A stretch of 63,969 nucleotides of DNA, filler included, from Eremomyces bilateralis CBS 781.70 (taxonomy: Eukaryota), in NCBI GenBank assembly GCA_010015585.1. It is 7 parts of 7 records of this genome, joined end to end, with 100 filler letters (N's around TTAATTAATTAA, not from the genome) between each part and the next. Parts side by side here need not be neighbours in the genome. Positions count along the whole stretch, not along the records: positions 1 to 28,774 come from ML975187.1; positions 28,875 to 38,498 come from ML975189.1; 5 more parts are not named here. One strand, written 5' to 3'. Both the position numbers and the translations under genes were made by a program. Of the stretch, positions 25,272 through 35,854 are shown piece after piece; the stretch's first letter is position 1; each line of letters opens with the position of its first letter. The notes beneath the pieces were generated by a model that made no database searches, was not told where the DNA came from, and saw only the letters and a list, made by a program, of their open reading frames with translations.

Positions 25272-26375
25272 TCACACTCCCATCGTGAAATCATGCTCAA
25301 TCCCCGGCGTCACGCTCGCCATGAACTTCAAAAACACAATGAGATACTGATCCACGCGAATCGCCACTTCTTCCTCCTGATTCTCCAACACCTCCCACTC
25401 CTCGCCCCCCTCCTTCTCCCTCGGCTCCCCACCAATGCTCGCCCCCGCCATCTGATCCACCAGTCCCTCCATCCCGCTGTCCCGCACGTCCTTCCCTTCC
25501 TTGAGCTTCGTCATCCGCAGCTTCAGCGCGGCGTCGGCGCGGTCGAGGAGGACTTTCATGACTGGGGCGTGCTTGCAGGGGTGCACGGAGGCCATCTTGA
25601 CGCCGGCGTCGAAGAAGGGGAATTCTTCGAGCGTGACGGTCTTGTCTTTGTAGTCGCCGACGATATCTTCCATCATTAGGTGGGGAGGGAGGGGTTCTGA
25701 GGCGGAGAGGTATCCGGAGAGGTATAGGCGGGGGGTGCGGTAATAGGGGGTGTACATTATGTATAGGTTGTACTGTCGAGGGGGACTGCGTCGGTGTTAG
25801 ATTTGTTAGATTCAGAAATGCCCCACGTGAGGGGATCGGAAGAAAACTTACGCCGCCGATTTCCCAGCCTTATTATCCCGGATGATCGCCTCCTCATCCG
25901 ACTCCTCCTCCATATCCGGAATCTCATCCTCCTCCACATCCACCACCCCCTCCTTCCCACTTTCATCCACTGTCCTCACATCATTCACCCTCGCCACCAT
26001 ACTCTCCGCCATCCCCCCGGTCCTCAACCACCCATCATCCTCCCCCACCGCCCCCTCCTCTCCCCTCAACATATCCCTCACTAACGCCTCATCCACTCCG
26101 GCGTCGCCCGCGAAGTTCTCATCCAGCCGCCGATGGCACGGCACCCCGCGCGTCACCAGGTACTGCTTGTCCGGCGGCAGATGCGGGACGCCTTTCGTGG
26201 GTGGCGAGGCAGACGCCCACGACCACGAGGGAAACTTGTAGACGAGGAAGTCGCCGGCTTGGACGAATTCGTCGGGGGTGAGTTGGCCGGTGGCGCGGAA
26301 GTTGGAGACGTGAGAGACGGGGGCGTAGCGGTCGCGGAGGTCGGAGAAGGCGGAGCGGATGGATGAGGGGATCAT
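25272..26375 (-). CDS. ATG3: Autophagy E2-like conjugating enzyme Atg3 (2 exons)
   Basis: [52 protein letters not shown] (catalytic Cys), [17 protein letters not shown]. Confidence 0.96.
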
Positions 26376-27089
26376 TTTGAGGATGAAGAGGTTGGATAGA
26401 GGTATGAAGGGTGTAGAGGACGCTATGGAGCGTGAGGCGGCCAGGCGGGAGTCTCAGCCTAGCCCAGCTCAGCTATGGGGGGAGGTGTGGTCGATGGGAT
26501 TTCGACGTGGTGTAGGGTCTTGGTAGGATTTCGGGGTGGAGATTCGATGGAAGATGTTTAGTTGATGCGGTTAGCTGGTGCTGAAAGGATGTTGATCACG
26601 AACAGGCAATAAAGGAAGTGTGTTTGTTGGAAATCAAAGTCAAAGACCCAGGCAGCATACAGCAAAGACGTGAAAGACGTGGAGTGTCATGGAGGGGTTC
26701 AGGTGCCAGGGCCGGCCGGGGTCGAGGGCCTGCAGCTGTGGCGGTGCAGTTTAGATCCTCCAATCAAAAACCTGGTCTGGATGGGTGCGGCTGGGTTTCC
26801 AGTAGAGTCACGTGCAAGGTGTAGTGTCTTACCTGGCTGAGTCATTTACAGAGTCATCTTTTATGGCTCATGCTGTGTCTCGAATCAACAGACAACAGTT
26901 GAGGCCTGATCTTGTCACGAGCGTAGCGAGTTACTTAATTGGGAAGAGTCACTTTTTGCTGTACGTATTCTGATTGGTCAGATAACCATAAATCACGTGA
27001 TTGAAGTTCGAGAAATGCCACGTCTACTTGGCTACATACTTCCCTTTTTCCTTCCTATCCCCCATGGACCTTGCAGAGAGGTAGGAAGA

Positions 27090-28380
27090 GCATATGAAGA
27101 TCGCTCCACCCTGCAGAACAAATACGATACAAAAAAGAAACCCCGCAACCAAGGCGCATGAAGCCAAAACGCCCACTAAACCTCTGCCGACCCAGCAAAC
27201 TGTCCTCGAAACGGACAACTCCCAGGAACGCCAGAAAAGCTCGCAGAAAACCACCAAACGAACGAGTCAGACAGGAATTAAGGCCACCCCGAAACCGCAC
27301 TCTATGGAAAAAGCCACACCGAAGCAAGCTTAAGAAACAAATTACCAAATAGCCAACCTAACCCAAAAAAACAAGACCATAAACAAGCAAAACAAACAGA
27401 GAGGAAAGGAAAATCAACATCGGGGCAAGTGCACCAAAAAGCCAGCTCATTAAGGCGACGATCAGGGACAATAACAGAAAACTACAAAAACAGAATAACC
27501 GGGCAGAACACCAAACTAAACATCAAAATACAAGGGGGAAAGCAGAACCGCCAAATCACCAGATCAAAGCCGGCGAGCCCCACATTCAGGTCACCCACAA
27601 ACCCCTGGCAAAAACCCTCCAATAGAAGACCTGAGCAAAGCAAAGAAGATCCAGGGATGCCTGAAACAAACAGAACACAGAACCAGCAAAACACACACAT
27701 GACCAAAAAATACACCAACCAGGGAAACGAACCACTAAGTAATCACACCAAACAACGACACCAAACGACCAGCATGTGATACTACTGCGAAGAAAACAAA
27801 AGCACTTAGATATGAGGCCAGATTCAAAAAAAGCAAACACCAGCCAACCCCCAACACCCTCTCGTCAAGCGACACCCCTGCCGGTACGCAGCTCTCCGTT
27901 ACAAAAACGATACGAGTGCACGCCCCAATCCAACTAGGCACAACCACAAGGAAAGAAAGAAAACGAACCAGGAAAGACCAACGGCGCCCAGGGAAAAAGC
28001 GCACTACCCGTCCGCAAACACCAAAACAGCGCCAACAAACCCCACAAACCCAACCAAGAAGAAAGCCAAATCCACAACAACTTACAGCCACAATAGTACG
28101 ACAACACAGAAGACCAGTGGCCTTCGCAAAGAGACCAGAACAAACATAACCATCGCAAGCTGCCCACAGCAACGCCAACACCACCAGAGACTGATACAAA
28201 AAAAGCACAACAGCCAGAAGCGTGACCATGCCATGAATGCCGCGCCAGAGGAAGGGCACCGAAGATAGGAAATCCAACAAAACGACCGCCCAGAACAAGA
28301 CACAAACTCAGTCCCACAGACAACTTAGACCGCAACGCCAATCAGAACGCAAATTCCATAACACAAGACCGCAATGCGGC
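27090..28380. other. T-depleted, A/C-rich tract, possibly a heavily decayed retroelement
   Basis: Many 60-nt lines contain only 1-5 T. No tandem periodicity and no credible ORF. Confidence 0.5.
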
Positions 28381-28774
28381 ACGATCTGATTTCAAAGTAT
28401 CTACATTAATAATCAAGTATTACTCATCAGCTGTCGCCACTTGTGCTATCCACTAGTATATAAAGACACTCTCTGTAACGGCGGTGGGTGGGGAGGAGGC
28501 TAGGAAAGGTTTAGAAAGCGAGTACCATGATTGTAACTCTTCCAGATCTGCAGCCGAGAGCAACAACGCCTCCATAGACCGCAACTTTGGCTAATCGATA
28601 TTCAGGAGGAAGCCAAAGAATACGCTCGGTATTGTGACAAACCCATTCATCGCTAACAAAGATAACAGGTGGACCTTGTGGTTGGAGAGTAGGTGTATCG
28701 CCAGGGAGAGATAATGAAATAGGAAGTGACCCCCTGTTTGTTCGCAGAGAAGTGCTATCGTCAGAAAAAGAGAG

Positions 28775-28874
28775 NNNNNNNNNNNNNNNNNNNNNNNNNN
28801 NNNNNNNNNNNNNNNNNNTTAATTAATTAANNNNNNNNNNNNNNNNNNNNNNNNNNNNNNNNNNNNNNNNNNNN
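28775..28874. other. Artificial contig linker (N44-TTAATTAATTAA-N44); identical linkers at 38499-38598, 52353-52452, 55594-55693, 60033-60132 and 62599-62698
   Basis: The same 100-nt spacer, with stops in all six frames, occurs six times. Confidence 0.98.
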
Positions 28875-29654
28875 CCATGCTAACAGTCGTCTCCAGGGAT
28901 CGAATATTTTGTCTAATCAAGGGCTCCGTATCATCCAGATACCCGCTTGATGCGACAGTCGGAGGCTCGCATGTTAGGATGTCCATTTGGGCGACGCGTG
29001 TTGGATTTTGGCTTCTAGTTGACTGGTGTTGATGGTCTGATGGCGATTCCGAGCGCCTCGAAGGGAGAATTTCTGACGAGTGACCCCACTCCACTCCACC
29101 ACAATGTGATCTGAGGTGGAAAAAATATTATGAGAAGGATAATGTGCATCAGCAGAATGTATTTGATAGATTTTTTAGCATACTAGGCTACTTGTTGTGA
29201 GTATTGAGCTGCTTCTGCACGACACGCCGAACGCCCATACAAATCGTTTCGGTCCTTTTACCCCAACATTATGAGTTCATTTCGATTTGTCTGTAAGTAA
29301 AACTAGGTTCAAAAGATGGCCAGTAACCAAGATATATTGTCGAACACAAGCGTACTTTTGCTGAAGCCTCACGTTGGGAGTAGAGACCGAATTGGACCCT
29401 TTTTTTTGGGAAAAGGTATCATATCTTTCAACTTTTTAACACATTTTCCCCAGACGTTGTATGAAGACTTGTCTTGTATACGCCTTACCCGAAGGGGCTA
29501 AGGTGCTGATGTAAGCAAGCAAGTCGTAATCTAACGTCTGGCATTGTGAGATAATCAGGTGACCTCCGTGTGACAGATTCAACCCTTGTCCTAATCAGGC
29601 TTAGGCTCCCAGTCTTAGCCAACCAAGGGTTTCAACCCATAACAAGCAGCAACT

Positions 29655-31653
29655 CTACAATCCAGCCAAATTACCAAAATATGACCTGATCCTCTTTCCA
29701 AAGACTATTCTTGATTAGTACCAAGTAATAAGACACAATTAGGGACACATACTCCACACTGGGATTATCCCCAGTCCAATTGCGCCACTGACCCCACCAA
29801 GGATTCCAAAGGTGCCAATGAAGCCTTGAAGATCGATGAATCCATACACGCCAAAGGAGATCCCAAATGAAATGATATTTCGTAAGGCAGAAACGACCAC
29901 CAGAAGGGAACTGTGACCAGTTAGTGACTGGGCCTCCTGATAGATACTGACTTACCCTGCCATGTTTGGGTAGCACTCAATCGCATACACTGAAGCCACT
30001 GAGTTAATAGATATGAAGCCGAATCCCAAGATGGCATTCGACACGAAGAACCAAATCCAGTGATACTTCTCCGGGTGCTCGCCAATATCACCGAACCAGA
30101 CATTCCCAACAATAGTGGCAATGATCGGCAAAACCAGATTTATGAGTTGATGCTCTGGCTCGCGAAGCCCATTGTTTCGCTTTGTTAGTCTTCCCGCAAG
30201 CCAGTCTCCACCAATACCGCATATGGCAAAGCTGAAGATAGAACCAACAAACAGTGAGATCGTAACGAAGCCAAGGGAGGATTGAGGGAATGAATAAGGA
30301 GGGAGCAGAAGGACCACTCCGCCTGCCATCTGGTTTGCAATATTCGTCCCAATGCTTGCGGAATTCAGAAGGATGATCCAGAGAATGTTCGGAAGGAGGA
30401 GCGACTGTCCCATTTCAATCAATGTGTGCCATGCCTGTGGCCACTCCCGATATTGAAATACCGTCCAACCCCACCGCTTGCGGCCATGTAGGCCGTGGTC
30501 GATCTCGGGGCGAAGTTGTCCCTGGGAGACGAGGCTAAGGTCACCATCTATGTCTCATTAGCGAACCGGGCGTGGCCATTGTGGAAGCCGTACCAAGTGA
30601 TTTTTGACTCCGAGGAAACTTGGTCTCTGGGACAAATACGAAGATCAGAATGAATGCGAGGCCTGCAGGGATCGTCATGATCCAGTAGAACCAGCGCCAG
30701 CCCAGATCAGCAACAATCCGAGACGACGCGATACCTAGTCCGCATGCCATGACCCCCTTCAAGATGGTCAGTAGTAGTATTGTCAACGCAGAGTAGACGC
30801 CTTACACCGCTAGCCCAGATAAAACCAATGTACTTGTTGCGTTCATGGATGAACGACATATCCTGGAGTATTAACGGGACCAGAGATTCGATGGCGCCAG
30901 TGCCTAGAGCTTGGATGCACCTAGCGGCAAGATGACTTTCCAGACTCGTGCTTCCCGCCGCCCATGGTAGTGTGGCGGCGGCCAGTACAGCGGACAGGAG
31001 CATGACAGGACGCCGCCCAATGGCATTGGCTAGAGGAATCGTGAAGAAGTTGGCCAATCCTAAAAAGAGCGAAGGGAGCGATCCCAACATGCTAACTTGC
31101 GCAGAGGTCGGCTTCCCTGGAATCACAGGAAATGCCTTCGCCATGTCGGCACTCTTGTGACCATGCGGCCCGGGGGGAGGCGCCGGGACTGGACCGGACC
31201 CAGACATTTGATTGAGCATCTTCGGGTCGAGCCCCGAATATTCAAAAATGAACACTGGAATCATGCCCGCAATACCGGCTTGAACGGTGAGTCCAATGGA
31301 TCCAACTGGGAGATAGGTTAGAATGTGTCGCACCGCAGATTCAAAGTTCTTACAAAGACATAATGCTGCCACGCAGGCCCATTTTCTCCATTGTGGCAAG
31401 TTCAGAGGATCTGCTGATATTAGACGATTGATTTGCACCTTGGAGCATACGCACCAAGTGGATCTGAAGATGGGATTGGGATGAGTCTTTGTTGTCCATT
31501 CAGGTACAAGTCAACTGTTCCTGTAACATGATGGCGTTGAGCCGATTTTCCAGAGACAGAAGGGGATATGACTTCCATCTCTTCGACTAAGGGTTTCCAT
31601 TTCTCGACGACAGTCTTCTCAGTCTCGTACGATCGAAAGTTTCGGTCGGTCAT
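29655..31653 (-). CDS. MFS transporter (HOL1/DHA-like, multi-exon)
   Basis: LIPIPSSDP..DPLNLPQWRK, PLANAIGRRPVML, DMSFIHERNK, GWRWFYWI, FVPETKFPR, NNGLREPEHQL; spliced end FGKRIRSYFGNLAGL*. Confidence 0.88.
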
Positions 31654-32091
31654 GGCAATGTAATGTACAATGAGTACAAGGCAAGGCGTGGTACAATCTT
31701 CTAATCTGAATACTTAATGTCCCGTTAGAACATTTGATGACTGTTCTTTGTATAGCTCGAATTTCCGTCCGTCGTGCAGTAGACTGATATAAGCGGTGCC
31801 AGCTATCGACGCGCACGTGACTTCGGTAACGTGGGGATTTGTAGTAAAGCTGAAATTTCCATAAGAAGGATGATATAAGGCGTCCGTTTCGGATTCGACT
31901 TTAAAGTAACATGTAATTGAAGTCTACAGTGCACGGTGCCCGCATACCCGACATGTCCGAAGCCAACGCCGCAACTGGCCTTCGATTGGCTCCCATGATC
32001 TATTTAACAAATTCTTCTATCCCAGGGAATGTTTCATCGAACACTCAGATAGATAAATTATTGATAACTACTACACTAATTATGGCCTAGT

Positions 32092-32702
32092 TGTGAGATA
32101 CTGTAAAGGGAAATGATCCACCTACACCCCTCCAAAGGCTCATCCTACACCCTTTGCACCTGATTTCAAATTTATGCGCTCTGATTGGTCCATTTAGAAG
32201 CGGTCATAGAGCACGTGACTTATTTTGATGACGTTCCTATGGCGCGGGCACCCTATCACCCATTTTGGGCACCCCCACCACCCATTGTGGGCAGCCCCAT
32301 CACCCGTCTTGGGCACCCGACCACCCATTGTGGGCACCTACGACTGCCCGATTTAGGTAGACCCTATCCCCCGTTTTGGCTTAGCCGCTCGTTGCGGTGG
32401 GACAGAGTCGCAGAGTGGTCGAGAGCCGTGTACGCGGGAAAGTGTGCCCAAAAGTCGTGGTACGGGGTGCCCAAAATGGGTAGGGTGCCCGCGCCATAGG
32501 AACGTCATCAAAATAAGTCACGTGCTCTATGACCGCTTCTAAATGGACCAATCAGAGCGCATAAATTGAAATCACGTGCAAAGGGTGTAGGATGAGCCTT
32601 TGGAGGGGTGTAGGTGGATCATTTCCCTACTGTAAATAGCGGTTTCGCTCAATCCGGTGATTAATGCAGCGACACGGTGGAAAACCCCGTTAGATTCCAA
32701 AA
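32092..32702. mobile_element. LTR terminal fragment (same family as 2737-3021) split by a MITE
   Basis: TGTGAGA...AATAGCGGTTTCGCTCAATCCGGTGATTAATGCAGCGACACGGTGGAAAACCCCGTTAGATTCCAAAA is the reverse complement of 2945-3021. Confidence 0.8.
32108..32627. mobile_element. Mutator-like (MULE) MITE, 520 bp
   Basis: Near-perfect TIRs of more than 150 bp starting GGGAAATGATCCACCTACACCCC; 9-bp TSD TACTGTAAA (32099-32107, 32628-32636). Confidence 0.93.
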
Positions 32703-33021
32703 TGTTGAAGGGGTGATTAGTCAACCGCATCTGGGTGCGGATTATATAGCCTGCAGACTTCCCACCTTTCTAGGCTGTTCATAAATCGAAAACTAAGGAT
32801 CATATTGTACACCAAATATCAGCGAAGGCATTGGCAGGCCTTGGATTTTTAGTTGGACTTAGGGCGATGGTAGTTGCTTGAATGCTGGTAACGGGGGAAC
32901 TTTATGTATGTAATAAAAGTCACAGTCGCACTTTGGGCCTGGCTCTCAGCAGGATCTCGTGGATCTTTAAGAGACCGTAGATCTTATTTTGCTCTACTGA
33001 TATACCGATGTTCAGAACACA

Positions 33022-34640
33022 TCATATAATAAGAACAGATGCACGTGTATGCTTTGCATACGCTGCGGCATCATGAGCGAATATGAAATCATTCGTGATT
33101 TGTGCTTGGGTTGTCAGTCTCGCCGTGCGCGAAGTAGATGAAACATTTGACATACGGCTGATAGTCCTCTCCCCTGCCTTCTGATCCCTCGACATCTGAA
33201 CAATCGTAGATGCGCGCGGGTGCCGACATTGCTGATACAGCGTAAGGATCCCAGGAACCTGACTTGCTGTCGTGCCAAATCGGAGAAGCGGGCCTAGAGT
33301 GACAGCATCTTCCAAGGACTGAGCACCACCTTGAGCTTGGTCTTCGAACATTAGTCTAGTTATCGGAATCAAGAGGATTCACTCACGGGGCAACATTGGA
33401 TGTGCTGCATCCCCCACCAGTGCAAATCTTCCCTTGACCCAAGATGGAATGGGATGTCGCTGAAGGAGCTGCCAATGCTTCACGTCCTTTGCCTTTTTCA
33501 GGCATGCCAGGACCGACGGGGCAAAATCGCTGTATGATTCGAGCAGATCCTCGGTCGACGACTCAGTTTGCCAATCTACACATGTCAATAAATGGTGTGG
33601 ACCACAGGCTTAAGGGCATACCGGTATCGTCAGTCTCGGTCCCCTGAGGGTGGATGCAGACAAAGTTGAGTAATTCGTCATTCCTGCAAGGGTAGATGAC
33701 CACACGTTTGGTAGGAGAAGCAATAATCCGACAGTACCCATTTCCACGTTTCATCGCAAGGCATTTGGGATCGTCATAGATCTCATTAGAATCTAGGACA
33801 AACCGATAGCAGGAGTCGCCCACCGCATATGGCTTATCGGCGCCAAAGACCGCTTCTCTGCTTACCGACTATCTCAAGGTCAGTAACTATTACCGCGTCG
33901 GAAAATAATCAAACAAACATAGACCCCATCAGCACCAATTACGAGATCGGCATAGTGGGTGTCCCCATTTTGCAAGGTCACAGCCCCAGCCTCGGGATCT
34001 ATGCTTTCGACTTTTGAGGAAAGATGGAGCTCAGGAATAAGATTGCCTTGTCGGGGAGCGAGCGCCAGGAGCTTTAGTTCATTGTGCAAATCCACTCGGT
34101 GCACGAGATACCATTGCTGAATGCCGTCAGCTAGGAGTCGAGAACTGAGGTTCCTTGCCTTACATATCCGTACTTTGATTTCGCATCACTAGTGTCAATC
34201 TCTATCACCTGTTTGGCAGAAGCGCTTTCATGTACAGAAATCTGGGACAGGAATCAGCGATGATAGGACTTCATTTATGTTCCGATCATAGCATACACCA
34301 GCACAGATGACGCCCCGGAGGCGAGCAGCATCATATCCGAGGAATTCCAATGCACGAGTTGCATTTGGGCCGACGTGAATGGCAGCTCCGACTTCGTTGG
34401 CAAAACGTGACTGCTCGAAAATGTAAATACTGGTTAGCCAGACAGGTTTAGAACTTCAGATGAGATACTTATCTTGACCTTGTGTCCCGCCTGTCGAAGG
34501 GCAGCAGCGGAAGCTAGCCCGGCGATTCCAGCACCGATAATGATAACGTTGAGCGGTTCTGCAGGAGGAGGCGCGGGTGGGACCTGGTGGTTTGGAGGGC
34601 CAAGGAGGCCTAATGGCCCGTTTGATGACTCAGCAGCCAT
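33022..34640 (-). CDS. FAD-dependent monooxygenase, salicylate-hydroxylase-like (multi-exon)
   Basis: IIGAGIAGLA (GxGxxG), HRVDLHNEL, ADLVIGADG, YPCRN, LVGDAAHPMLP, QGGAQSLEDAVTL. Confidence 0.9.
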
Positions 34641-34971
34641 GGTAGGAGGGTACTCGCTATGCACTTAGGACAGCTATTTGGGCGGGAGAATCCGAGAACA
34701 GGAAGTCGACCTCGCTAGGAGCACCTCTGGGGGGGCCTCATTGCTTCTTGATTAAATCCAACCGTGGCTTTCACATTAAAATGAATGATTTTTTGTATTG
34801 CATTTCACCGGCTCCCCACACGTGTCGCCACAATTCCACGAAGTACACGACAAAGGCATGGAACCACAAGACATCGGACAAACACAGGCATGAAACGCAA
34901 AGGAATGATTTGAGCCTGGTGATCGAGCCAACCTCTCCCCATTCGTGGTTTGTAAGTCTAATCTTGGGCAT

Positions 34972-35520
34972 CTAATTCACATCGAATATGGTCGGTGCCA
35001 GTTCCTCGCCGTTGACAACGACCTTTTCAGCAGGCAACAGTACGAATAAAATCCGTGCTGCTTCTTGGGTCCGATTGTGCCAGGCGTGAATGGTTCCCCT
35101 CTGAATGATCGTCTCTCCCTCCTTCAGCGTCGTCTCAGTCTTGTCATCCAACTCTAAAACCACAGCCCCTTTGAGAACGACCCCGACATCAAGGCTTGCG
35201 GTTCGATGCATTGGAGAATATTGTCCTGGGGACATGTCAACCACCCGAACTGTCGTCCCAGTGGCATCGCTGAGTGGGATGGCCTTGTTTTGGTACTCGG
35301 TCCATGGGCCTTGAATTTTGGCCGGCGCGTTTTCCGTTCGCCACAGATGAATGAATCCTCTCACCGGTGGTGCTGCATTGTTGGATTGGGGAGTAGACTT
35401 CGCGCCTGGTAGAACCGACCTGGGGTCGAAAGGATGAAAGGTGCAATCGTCGTCAATGACTGCACGACCATTGTCGTCGTGGCCGGTAATAATTCGACGA
35501 ATAGGAGGTAGACCCAACAT
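34972..35520 (-). CDS. Cupin-2 barrel domain protein
   Basis: IRRIITGHDDNGRAVI, SPMHRTASLDVGVVLKG, IIQRGTIHAWHNRT. Confidence 0.9.
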   Translation of the reverse strand: MLGLPPIRRIITGHDDNGRAVIDDDCTFHPFDPRSVLPGAKSTPQSNNAAPPVRGFIHLWRTENAPAKIQGPWTEYQNKAIPLSDATGTTVRVVDMSPGQYSPMHRTASLDVGVVLKGAVVLELDDKTETTLKEGETIIQRGTIHAWHNRTQEAARILFVLLPAEKVVVNGEELAPTIFDVN

Positions 35521-35854
35521 TCTGGTGTGCCGTCGTCGCATGCAAGAGTATCCGATCGAATGCACCGGGCCAGGAGCAATTAAGCCAAGCTGGAGCAATA
35601 TATGCAGTGTCGGAAACGCGGGGATGATCCGACGGAGACGCTGATGAACCACAACAGCGGGTAGGCACAGCGATCAACGGCGTAGTGGCCGGCGGGGTCA
35701 AAGGTAAGTAATTTCACTTCTCGTTCCACGGCAGTACGTCCTTTTGGGTCTTTTGTCGATAGAGCCTAGGATATTGGCGGACGAAGAGAACGCAACACGG
35801 CTCTCATTTGGTCCCAGTTCTAGAACTCGCAAAGTCACTTCCTGTTGCACCAAG

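Noticed and set aside
27024..28341. Hydrophobic F/L/V/C-rich minus-strand ORFs and K/T/Q/P-rich plus-strand ORFs
   Set aside because: They are by-products of T-depletion, which removes stop codons on both strands; not credible proteins.
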